A DNA stretch of 64,000 nt from Bacteroidales bacterium (lineage in GTDB: Bacteria; Bacteroidota; Bacteroidia; Bacteroidales; UBA4181), in the NCBI GenBank assembly GCA_031551455.1, contig JAVBNP010000006.1:6749-70748 (forward strand), given 5' to 3'. Of this stretch, positions 56,401 to 64,000 are shown piece by piece. Position numbers and translations under genes: made by a program. The notes below the pieces were generated by a model. It saw only the letters and a list, made by a program, of their open reading frames with translations. It was not told the origin of the DNA and did no database searches. The first letter of the stretch is position 1; each line of letters begins with the position of its first letter.

Positions 56401-57369
56401 ATGATCACGCAATTATCACATGGCGGTTATACGGGTTTTGCAAAAAAGATATTGTATTTCTTCTTTGTTTGCACGATATGGATGTCTCCAAAGATATCCG
56501 CCCAAACGGATGTACAATTAAGCCAACAGATGTTCAGCCGAATCAACTATAATCCCGCCGCAACGGGTCTTTCCGAAGACATTCATTTATATTTGTTGGC
56601 CCGACAACAATGGGTCGGATTCAAACTCGCTCCGCAAACCATTGTGTTCAATGCACATACATTTGTTCCTTGGACGCGCTCCGGTTGGGGTTTTTCATTA
56701 ATCGGCGACATGCTCGGATATGAAAAAAGCATTAATCCGAAACTCCGATACGCTTTCCATATCCCGTTTATTTCAACCCGATCTTCTTTATCGTTGGGTA
56801 TCGGCGCCGGCATCATGTACAAAACCATCGACGGCAATAAATTGGTGTACGAAAATCCCGCCGATCCCAATCGAATCTATGGCGTAAAATCCGACACAAA
56901 ACCCGATTTCGACTTCGGAGCGGAATATAATTCGAAACATATCAGTGCGGGAGCATCGGTAACGCATTTGGGCAATAAAATCAACAACACGCCCAATACC
57001 GAAAGTTCACCGCATTTCTACGGATATGCTCGCGGAATGTTCGACATCACCAAACAATGGCAAATTACCCCCGCTTTTTCTTGGCACAACAGTAAAACGG
57101 TTAATCAATTGGAAGTAAATGCTTTGTTGTTTTACAAAAAAACGTTTTGGGTAGGCGCTTCTTACCGGGTTAACGAATCGGTTGTGGGATTGGCGGGAGT
57201 TTATCCGTCACCTCAACTTATGTTGGGCTACTCGTACGATTACAATGCGGGCAAATTGGCGCCCTACTCGCGCGGTTCTCATGAAATCATGCTTTCGTGG
57301 CGCATCCCGCAACCGCAAAAAACCCGCAAGGCAACCCGTATGCGCGAATGTACGCATGAATGGTGGTAA
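56401..57369 (+). CDS. PorP/SprF-family T9SS outer-membrane protein (second copy)
   Basis: 17-nt gap after the giant gene. LSQQMFSRINYNPAATG ... LARQQWVGFKLAP ... SHEIMLSWRI parallels the first copy. Confidence 0.85.
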   Translation: MITQLSHGGYTGFAKKILYFFFVCTIWMSPKISAQTDVQLSQQMFSRINYNPAATGLSEDIHLYLLARQQWVGFKLAPQTIVFNAHTFVPWTRSGWGFSLIGDMLGYEKSINPKLRYAFHIPFISTRSSLSLGIGAGIMYKTIDGNKLVYENPADPNRIYGVKSDTKPDFDFGAEYNSKHISAGASVTHLGNKINNTPNTESSPHFYGYARGMFDITKQWQITPAFSWHNSKTVNQLEVNALLFYKKTFWVGASYRVNESVVGLAGVYPSPQLMLGYSYDYNAGKLAPYSRGSHEIMLSWRIPQPQKTRKATRMRECTHEWW

Positions 57370-57471
57370 ATCAATTTTCGATTTTTGATTGATTATTGAA
57401 TTCGAAAGAATAATTCCGATAACCACGCAAAAGATAGATCAATACAACAATATTTTATTTTCAATTTTTTA

Positions 57472-57502
57472 AACCTATCGGGTCTTTGAGACCCAACAGG
57501 TT
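57472..57502. repeat. Hairpin repeat of the CCTATCGGG...CCC(A/G)A(T/C)AGG family (diverged loop)
   Basis: aacctatcgggtctttgagacccaacaggtt. Confidence 0.6.
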
Positions 57503-57506
57503 AATC

Positions 57507-57537
57507 GACCTATTGGGTTTTGAAAGCCCGATAGGTC
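57507..57537. repeat. Hairpin repeat of the same family
   Basis: gacctattgggttttgaaagcccgataggtc. It lies 4 bp after the previous copy, between convergent genes. Confidence 0.65.
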
Positions 57538-57633
57538 TTACAACCGAAAAAATAAGTACGAATTTCGACTTGATTCTGCTCGTTTTTCCGAAAGGTCAAA
57601 CGAATCAAGCGCAAATTTTGAATCTTAAATCTT

Positions 57634-58338
57634 TTATGTTGTCGCCTGCAACAAAAACACCGCAGGAACCTTATGCAGTTGCGGCAATTTGTTTCTCCAC
57701 TGTTTGATGCTTCGTGTAACGATCATTTCATTGGCGCCGGTAATATCCGCCGCAATAGTCAATAACGTTTCCGGTTTGCAGCATTTCAAAATATCTTCTA
57801 AAAGCTGCATGTTGCGATAAGGCGTTTCGATGAAAATCTGCGTTTGTTGTTCCGCAGCCGAACGTCGTTCCAGTATCCGTATTCGCTCCGTACGTTCGTT
57901 CTGTTTCACCGGAAGATACCCGACAAAGGCAAATGATTGCCCGTTGAGTCCGGAAGCCATCAGCGCCATTAAAATAGACGAAGGTCCTACCAACGGTACC
58001 ACCTTAATTCCGTGTTCATGTGCCAACCTAACGACAGCCGCTCCGGGATCGGCCACACCCGGAACACCCGCTTCCGAAATAACCCCGGTATCAGCCTCCT
58101 GCAAATAAGGTAGGAGAGAAGCTGCTTCGCTCGCAGTAGTATGTTCATTCAATTCACGAAATTGCAGTTGATCAATTGGCCCGGGATGCCCGGCTTTGGA
58201 TAAAAACCGCCTCGCCGTGCGGATATCCTCCACAACAAACTGCCGCAAACCATGTATTACGGTAACAACATGCGGCGGCAATACCTGCGGGTTGGTATTT
58301 TCGGACAATAGGGTAGGAGAGAGGTAGAGAACAGGCAT
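57634..58338 (-). CDS. SAM-dependent methyltransferase of the tetrapyrrole-methylase (RsmI-like) fold
   Basis: 234 aa. VISEAGVPGVADPG and GPSSILMALMASGL blocks are typical of TP_methylase/RsmI-type proteins. Confidence 0.7.
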   Translation of the reverse strand: MPVLYLSPTLLSENTNPQVLPPHVVTVIHGLRQFVVEDIRTARRFLSKAGHPGPIDQLQFRELNEHTTASEAASLLPYLQEADTGVISEAGVPGVADPGAAVVRLAHEHGIKVVPLVGPSSILMALMASGLNGQSFAFVGYLPVKQNERTERIRILERRSAAEQQTQIFIETPYRNMQLLEDILKCCKPETLLTIAADITGANEMIVTRSIKQWRNKLPQLHKVPAVFLLQATT

Positions 58339-58621
58339 TTTAATTGACTATTTTATTTACAAATTGTCCACCGATGACAAAACCAAAAAAAGCATCATAA
58401 AATAGGGATTACTTTCGTTGAGCTCGCTTTGCTTGCACATAACAATCTGTATATTAGATAACAATAACACCATTACATCTGAATGGGTAACGATTTAGTA
58501 ACGACTGATTTGCTATACAATGCATTGATTTTCTTACTTAAATAACTCTATTTTGACTCAAAGATATATTTCTTTTTTGGGTTTAAAAATTGGAAAATGG
58601 AAAATAAATAAATTCATTTTA

Positions 58622-58936
58622 CTATTTTCGTAAAACCACACTATTTGAGGCGATTAATTGATCACTGCCATTGAAAATCCGAATAGTAGAAATACCATCG
58701 TTTTGTTCCGGCATCATGGGTACACCAATATTTTTGATAAAGCAACAACTATCGATGGATACTTTATCGGACTCGTTTAGTTCGGTTCCTAACAGTTGTT
58801 TTGCAATACGCTCAGCACCTTCGTAGGTTTCGGACTTTACTGAAAAGTTGGTTCTTTCCCAGTAGGTTACTTTTTCATCTTTGTAAAAACCAAATGTTTT
58901 CATCTCTACTTTGTTTAAATCTTTTTTGTTTGTCAT
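58622..58936 (-). CDS. Small cytoplasmic protein of unknown function
   Basis: A 104-aa ORF in an AT-rich patch. No signal peptide and no recognised motif. The coding call rests on ORF length and position only. Confidence 0.4.
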   Translation of the reverse strand: MTNKKDLNKVEMKTFGFYKDEKVTYWERTNFSVKSETYEGAERIAKQLLGTELNESDKVSIDSCCFIKNIGVPMMPEQNDGISTIRIFNGSDQLIASNSVVLRK

Positions 58937-58980
58937 ACTATTGTTTTTTTATTTGTTATTACTTTTTGAAATCAGACACT

Positions 58981-59135
58981 TTATTTCATGGGCGATTCTC
59001 AATTCCGTGTCCCGTCAGGCAAGGTTTTGCGGGAAAATACTACCCGACCGAAGGGAGGGCTGGAGATTTTTCCGCAAACGTGCTTGACCTTGCCGGACGA
59101 AATGGACACGGAATTATCTTTGCCCGATGAAATAA
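58981..59135. repeat. 155-bp nested imperfect palindrome (structured RNA or MITE-like element)
   Basis: Four nested arm pairs: ttatttcatgggc/gcccgatgaaataa, aattccgtgtcc/ggacacggaatt (perfect 12 bp), gtcaggcaaggt/accttgccggac (11/12) and tttgcgggaaaa/tttttccgcaaa (11/12). They surround a G-rich apical segment of about 29 nt. Confidence 0.6.
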
Positions 59136-59346
59136 AGGGGATAAAAACCTTTTTTCTGTATACTTTAAAAGTCAAAATAGTTAATTGAAAGAAATTACTT
59201 CCCAGGTATTTTGTCGGCGACAAAGAGTTTCGACCTATTTTATTTAAATTTCCATCTAACAAAAAACGACTTTCTAACGTTTCTCCTATAGAGATAATAT
59301 TAGGTGAAAATTCATTGATTTACACAGTTTTATATATTGTGACGAC

Positions 59347-61947
59347 ATGGAAAAGAGGAAATATAAAATCAAAAGCCGGAACAGAGGCCGGTACGTTTCC
59401 GATAGTAACGTAAACGTCCTGCCGGAAAACATCCTACAGATGCAGACGCTCAACGATTTGCTATTACACAGCGGGGAAGTGGTGGTTTATGCGGCAAACG
59501 ACGAACGGAAAACCATCCGGGCTGTTTCCGGAAGTATTTCGTTGTACGGATACGACCCCGACGAATTCATTACGGGCCAATACGTTCTGAGTGATTTTAT
59601 ACATCCCGGCGACCTGGAGGGTGTTCATAAAAAAGTAGGCGATGCAACGGCCAAAAAGTCGGTAAGTTTCGACTTGGAATACAGGGCTATGAAAAAGTCG
59701 GGCGACTATATTTGGGTGGTTTCCACCACTCTTCCCGAATATGACTCCGAAGGGAAGGTGACCCGTTTCCTGATCAAGATCAAGGATATCAGTATCAGGA
59801 AACTATATGAGGCGGAATTGAACGAAATGTGGCAACAATCGGCAAAAGACAAAAGCACCATGCGCGGGATTTTTGATTATTCTACGGATGGCATTGTCCT
59901 GATCAACAGCGAAGGTATTATTGTTGATTGGAGCAAAGGATACGAGCGGATTTCGGGTATTTTGAAAGAAGAAGCCGTAGGAAAACAGGTATGGGAAGTT
60001 ACTTCGATGATGCTGTATTATAAAGTCCGGAGCCGGGAAACATTGGAATATGTGGTATCATCATTGAAGGAAATTGTTGCCGGCAAGCAACCCGGGGTCA
60101 TCATCCGGCACATCACGCACCGGAAAACCGGAGAGCACAGGGTAATTCATGTCCTGTACTTTCCCATACCCATGCCCGATAGTACTATGATTGGCGCCAT
60201 TGTCCGCGATATCACCGAGACGGAACGTGCCCGAGAAGAAATAGAACAAGGTAAAAGTTTGCTTGAAAATATTATGGAAGCCATCCCCGCCCCGGTTTTC
60301 GTAAAAAATGCGGAAAGAAATTATATCAAGTGCAACCAGGCTTTCCTCAAAGAATTCGGTGTCAGCCATAACCAGGTGATTGGTAAAAAGGGTGAAGATG
60401 TATTACCTGGTTTTGCAGATGAAATCATGGAAATAGACCGGAAATTGCTTGAAGACGACATCCAACCTGACTTACGGATTGCCGTTTACAACCGGGAATT
60501 GGAAAGGATCACTTATCGCAGTGCAATGAATATCAATGGCAAAAGGGAAGGTATTGTGGGCGTGATGCTTGATGTTGCCGACCTGAAGAAGGCCGAAGAG
60601 GAACTATCGACCGAAAAGAACCGGCTGCTGGCCATCGGCAGTAACCTTCCCAACGGTTGCATCTACCGGTTGGAAATAAACAGGAGCGATAAAAAGATAA
60701 AGCTGTTGTATGCAAGCGATGCCTGGGAAAAAGTTACCAATACTCGTCTCGAAGATGCGTTGCGCGACATCAATACAGTGTTTTCGAAAAACCATCCCGC
60801 CGAATTGGATAAGATGTTAATCGATACATGGAACCCCATGTATGACGATGAAGATCTGACATACGAATTGCGGTATTTCTACACCCCCACCGAAGTGCGC
60901 TGGTTGTACGTGTCGGCGCACCTGCACCTTGTGAACGGGCAATTGATGGCCGACGGTATCATCCTCGACATGACCCGCCGCAAACAGGCGGAAATGGAAT
61001 TGGACGCATACCGTCAAAAGCTGGAATTATTGGTGAAGGAACGCACGGAAGAACTTGCCGTGACTAACGAAGAGTTGGAGGCGGCCAACGAGGAATTACT
61101 GTCGGCCAACGAAGAAATGCTGTCGGCCAACGAAGAGATGATATCGACCAACGACGAACTGTCCCTCTACAAGACGCAACTGGAACAAATGGTGGCCGAC
61201 AAAACCAGAGAATTATGGCAGGCCAAGGAAAAAGCCGAAGAGTCGGACAGGTTGAAGTCGGCCTTCCTGGCTAACATGTCGCACGAAATACGTACGCCGC
61301 TCAACGGGATCATCGGGTTCGTCAACTTCCTCAACTCGGGTAACCTGACGTCCGACCTGTACCAGGAATATGCGCAGGTGGTGAACACATGCAGCCAGCA
61401 ATTGGTTCGGCTGATCGACGATATCATCGACCTCTCCAAGATCGAAGCCGGGCAGTTGAAGATATGCCCGGTACCGACATGCATCAATACATTGTTGCAC
61501 GAGAAATGCAACGAGTTCGAAGCCTGCATGAAAACCAATAACAAGCAGTATGTTGCACTGGTGCTCGACGACAGTTGTTTCGTGGAAAATTGCAAATTCC
61601 TTGTCGACCCGCTGCGCCTGCAGCAAATACTAACCAATCTGATCGGCAACGCCATCAAGTTCACCGAAAAGGGTTATATCAGCTTCGGATACAGGCCGCT
61701 CGAACCCGGAATACTTGAATTTATGGTGGAGGATACCGGCATCGGCATCGAACCCGACCAGTTGGAAGTTATCTTCGACCGTTTCAGGCAGGCTAAAACA
61801 GGCAATAATCGTTTTTATGGCGGCACCGGGCTTGGGTTGGCCATCACACGGAACCTGGTACGATTGATGGGCGGTGAGATATCCGTCGAGTCAACTGTCG
61901 GTACAGGGTCATCATTCCGTTTCACCATTGCCTGCCAACCGGCTTGA
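59347..61947 (+). CDS. Cytoplasmic multi-PAS sensor histidine kinase (no TM segment, no receiver domain, no adjacent response regulator)
   Basis: Several PAS/PAC-like modules and a heptad coiled coil (TNEELEAANEELLSANEEMLSANEEMISTNDEL). HisKA H-box SAFLANMSHEIRTPLNGIIG. HATPase N, G1 and G2 boxes (NLIGNAIKFT, DTGIGI, GGTGLGLAI). Confidence 0.85.
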   Translation: MEKRKYKIKSRNRGRYVSDSNVNVLPENILQMQTLNDLLLHSGEVVVYAANDERKTIRAVSGSISLYGYDPDEFITGQYVLSDFIHPGDLEGVHKKVGDATAKKSVSFDLEYRAMKKSGDYIWVVSTTLPEYDSEGKVTRFLIKIKDISIRKLYEAELNEMWQQSAKDKSTMRGIFDYSTDGIVLINSEGIIVDWSKGYERISGILKEEAVGKQVWEVTSMMLYYKVRSRETLEYVVSSLKEIVAGKQPGVIIRHITHRKTGEHRVIHVLYFPIPMPDSTMIGAIVRDITETERAREEIEQGKSLLENIMEAIPAPVFVKNAERNYIKCNQAFLKEFGVSHNQVIGKKGEDVLPGFADEIMEIDRKLLEDDIQPDLRIAVYNRELERITYRSAMNINGKREGIVGVMLDVADLKKAEEELSTEKNRLLAIGSNLPNGCIYRLEINRSDKKIKLLYASDAWEKVTNTRLEDALRDINTVFSKNHPAELDKMLIDTWNPMYDDEDLTYELRYFYTPTEVRWLYVSAHLHLVNGQLMADGIILDMTRRKQAEMELDAYRQKLELLVKERTEELAVTNEELEAANEELLSANEEMLSANEEMISTNDELSLYKTQLEQMVADKTRELWQAKEKAEESDRLKSAFLANMSHEIRTPLNGIIGFVNFLNSGNLTSDLYQEYAQVVNTCSQQLVRLIDDIIDLSKIEAGQLKICPVPTCINTLLHEKCNEFEACMKTNNKQYVALVLDDSCFVENCKFLVDPLRLQQILTNLIGNAIKFTEKGYISFGYRPLEPGILEFMVEDTGIGIEPDQLEVIFDRFRQAKTGNNRFYGGTGLGLAITRNLVRLMGGEISVESTVGTGSSFRFTIACQPA
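61063..61167 (+). repeat. Five tandem 21-bp units inside the kinase gene encoding (T/A)N(E/D)EL heptads
   Basis: actaacgaagagttggaggcg / gccaacgaggaattactgtcg / gccaacgaagaaatgctgtcg / gccaacgaagagatgatatcg / accaacgacgaactgtccctc. Confidence 0.75.
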
Positions 61948-62047
61948 AGATTGAATATCAAAATATCGATACGAACAAAAAGACATGTTGCTTGAGGGAT
62001 TAAAGACGATATGGGGGAGATGAGGCACAACCTCGTCCCAAACTATA

Positions 62048-62794
62048 TTATTGCAACTGTCTTACCCTTACGTTGATTTTTCTTTCATTTTGCAACATAT
62101 CTTTCAGATCCGCGATATTTGTGTATCCGTAATGATACGGGTAAAGAATTTTCGGTTGGAAAAGCATTGCCGCACGGGCAGCCTGTTCCAATGTCATTGT
62201 GTAAGGCTGGTTCACCGGGAGAAAAGCGACGTCGATGTCTTTCAGTTGGATCATTTCGGGAATATCCTCGGTGTCACCGGCAATGTACACACGTTTGTTA
62301 CCTAATTGCAGAATATAGCCGTTGTCGCGGCCTTTGGGATGAAATTGCGTATGACCTTCGGTAGTGTTATACGCCGGCACAACTTGTATTTTAATACCGT
62401 CAACGGTACGCTCGTCGCCGTTCTTCATAACGTCGCCTTCTTTTATTTTTTCGTATACGTTGCCGGTCACCACAAGCTTTGTTCCTTGCTTCCGCACGGC
62501 GGCAATAGCAGCGGGATCGAGGTGGTCGCCGTGCTCGTGGGTGATCAGGATCAGATCGGCTTTCGGCAACTTGGTATAATCGGCATATTCGCCCACGGGA
62601 TCGATGTGAATGATGTAGCCGTTGAAATCGAACATCAACGTACCGTGCTTGATGAAATATATTGTCAGTTTGCCCTTACCGGTATCGAATACATCGCTTT
62701 CGAAATTTTGGCTTTGAGCAAAAGCGCTCAACGAAAAAAACAGGATTACCATAGGAGTTTGAAAATTAGAGTGAATAAGATCTATTATATTCAT
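62048..62794 (-). CDS. Secreted MBL-fold metallo-hydrolase
   Basis: Signal-like segment MVILFFSLSAFAQSQ (the true start may be the internal Met). The ITHEHGDHLD motif is HxHxDH. Confidence 0.75.
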   Translation of the reverse strand: MNIIDLIHSNFQTPMVILFFSLSAFAQSQNFESDVFDTGKGKLTIYFIKHGTLMFDFNGYIIHIDPVGEYADYTKLPKADLILITHEHGDHLDPAAIAAVRKQGTKLVVTGNVYEKIKEGDVMKNGDERTVDGIKIQVVPAYNTTEGHTQFHPKGRDNGYILQLGNKRVYIAGDTEDIPEMIQLKDIDVAFLPVNQPYTMTLEQAARAAMLFQPKILYPYHYGYTNIADLKDMLQNERKINVRVRQLQ

Positions 62795-62981
62795 GATATT
62801 ATAGAAACAAATATTGAGAAATAGGGTTCATTTTATGGACGGTTACAAACCATGAAATAAAAGAACGAAATGTCTATTCCGTATTTCGAAAGAGGCAGGG
62901 GCATTATTTCGGCCGGAATGATTGTACACAGTTAGTGTTATAAAAAATACTAAAAACCATCCGTAATCAATAGACAATTTC

Positions 62982-62989
62982 TATATTTG
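62982..62989 (+). promoter_or_regulatory. Candidate -7 promoter box (TAnnTTTG)
   Basis: TATATTTG lies 35 nt upstream of the ATG at 63024. Confidence 0.35.
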
Positions 62990-63023
62990 CACCGTTTCAA
63001 TATCGGCTTCAAGTTATGTATTT

Positions 63024-63689
63024 ATGAAAAAAGTGTATTATACGCCGTCTACCCCCATGGTAGACGTTATGAAAGACGATTTCCACAGGCAGGATATGTT
63101 ATGCTCGTTAGGGTTCAAACCCGGTTTTAAGGAAAACACATCTGTTTTGGAGGCATGCAATGACCAGGGGGTGAATGTTGAATTATTCCTTCTCATCAAT
63201 AATTTGTACACGTATGATGATTATGCGCCGGATGACGACATCGTCAAGGGTTTGTCCGTCGAACAGACGCTCAAATGCAATAGCTACGCCCAGGACTTCT
63301 TTTTCCATGTCAATGGCGTTGATCTGAGGAGGAAATACGACAGGTTGAAATCCAGGCTGGAAGACAGCAGTATGCTTACCGGACTTTTTGATGCGTTATG
63401 GGACTCGCTGTGCAAACAGTATGCAGATATCGACAAGCTGATTGAACAGTATGCGAATGCGCCGGAGTCGATAACTTCCGCGCAGGTCGAACACATCATC
63501 ATCGGCCTTGAACAGGAATGTTACAAATGCACGGAACATTTGATAGAATACCTGGAAGGGTTGCGTTTAACGGGCGAAAACCGTGCGGCTGCCGACGATT
63601 TTACAGGATATTTGAAGTTTTTCCGTAAAGATTGCGGTAGGTTTGACACCGCTAAAAATGTGGCTTTTCGGAAAATGATACGAAGTTAG
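63024..63689 (+). CDS. Unknown-function protein with ScdA_N-like N-terminus (lacking the CCGG motif) and a helical C-terminal domain
   Basis: PMVDVMKDDFHRQDMLCSLGFKPGFKENTSVLEACNDQGVNVELF parallels the ScdA/YtfE N-terminal domain pattern by eye. The C-terminal half is paralogous to the neighbouring gene. Confidence 0.45.
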   Translation: MKKVYYTPSTPMVDVMKDDFHRQDMLCSLGFKPGFKENTSVLEACNDQGVNVELFLLINNLYTYDDYAPDDDIVKGLSVEQTLKCNSYAQDFFFHVNGVDLRRKYDRLKSRLEDSSMLTGLFDALWDSLCKQYADIDKLIEQYANAPESITSAQVEHIIIGLEQECYKCTEHLIEYLEGLRLTGENRAAADDFTGYLKFFRKDCGRFDTAKNVAFRKMIRS

Positions 63690-63696
63690 TTGATAC

Positions 63697-64000
63697 TCAA
63701 TTCCTCACTAACCTCCTGAATACTGCATCCTTGATTACGTTGTGCCTGTCGAAATCCGAACGCATGAAAATCAGGTATATCCTCAACTGGTCAAATGATA
63801 CCCCATGAAGGTCTTCTACCTGCAAATCAGACAAATACCTGATCACTGCATCCAAGCTGCGGTTTATTTCCGACTTTTGCGTTGCCAGATATTCGAACTG
63901 GACGGACTTGATTGTCTGGGAAGTGTTCAGATACTGCTCAAAAATTTGGTTAATGGTGGAAATATGCTCCGCCATGCAATTCCAGAAAGTATCAAAAAAT
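63697..64000 (-). CDS. Paralog of the 63024..63689 protein, C-terminal part; 5' end lies beyond the window
   Basis: The frame stays open upstream of the track Met (FFDTFWNC precedes MAEHIST) to the window edge. FFDTFWNCMAEHISTINQIFEQY aligns with LFDALWDSLCKQYADIDKLIEQY, and the ending FRRLVRN aligns with FRKMIRS. Confidence 0.5.
   Translation of the reverse strand, partial: FFDTFWNCMAEHISTINQIFEQYLNTSQTIKSVQFEYLATQKSEINRSLDAVIRYLSDLQVEDLHGVSFDQLRIYLIFMRSDFDRHNVIKDAVFRRLVRN

Noticed and set aside
27177-57537. Whether the recurring 31-nt hairpins constitute a CRISPR array
   Set aside because: The copies are scattered over 30 kb, occur singly or as inverted pairs without regular spacers, and no cas genes are present. 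They are dispersed REP-like hairpins, not a CRISPR locus.
58988-59262. ORFs 58988..59188 (+) and 58999..59262 (-) across the 155-bp palindrome
   Set aside because: They mirror each other because of the inverted-repeat symmetry. Neither has a signal, motif or plausible ribosome-binding context. The region is treated as non-coding structured DNA or RNA.

Overview
This window reads as a chromosomal segment of a Bacteroidota genome, probably an anaerobic Bacteroidales- or Marinilabiliales-like organism. That placement is inferred from type A and type B T9SS C-terminal sorting domains, two PorP/SprF genes, SpII lipoprotein signals, Tat-signal periplasmic oxidoreductases and TAnnTTTG -7 boxes. All family calls come from reading motifs by eye; no searches were run. 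I support about 45 protein genes, one TPP riboswitch and several families of palindromic intergenic repeats. I saw no rRNA, tRNA, CRISPR array, transposase or integrase. Layout: (1) 1.1-13.8 kb is a minus-strand catabolic locus. It combines a Tat-exported Gfo/Idh/MocA oxidoreductase, a Tat-exported xylose-isomerase-like TIM barrel and a DUF1080 lipoprotein with a three-part corrinoid methyltransferase set (two URO-D/MtaA-like proteins and a B12-binding protein). It also holds an MFS transporter, an Fe-alcohol dehydrogenase, an SGNH esterase, a GH29-like lipoprotein and a GntR/LacI-type regulator. This combination is the most unusual thing I found. (2) 14-17.5 kb holds an exported cupin and a TonB-dependent receptor behind a TPP riboswitch. 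(3) 17.7-20.2 kb is a three-gene module of secreted proteins of unknown function, ending in a T9SS type A cargo. (4) 20.5-36.3 kb is mixed housekeeping and accessory genes (DUF5703-like protein, second Gfo/Idh/MocA, cstA, racemase-family protein, ychF, nucleotidyltransferase, DUF2339 plus DUF3999-like pair, carboxyspermidine dehydrogenase, GntR, L,D-transpeptidase-like). (5) 36.9-40.6 kb holds adenine deaminase and mnmG, separated by twin perfect palindromes. (6) 41.2-57.4 kb is a T9SS type B locus with two cargo proteins (920 aa and about 2940 aa), each with its own PorP/SprF, plus a PorE-like TPR/beta-propeller/OmpA protein and a SPOR protein. (7) 57.6-64 kb holds a TP-methylase, a small orphan gene, a 155-bp nested palindrome, an orphan multi-PAS histidine kinase, an MBL hydrolase and a convergent pair of paralogous unknowns.
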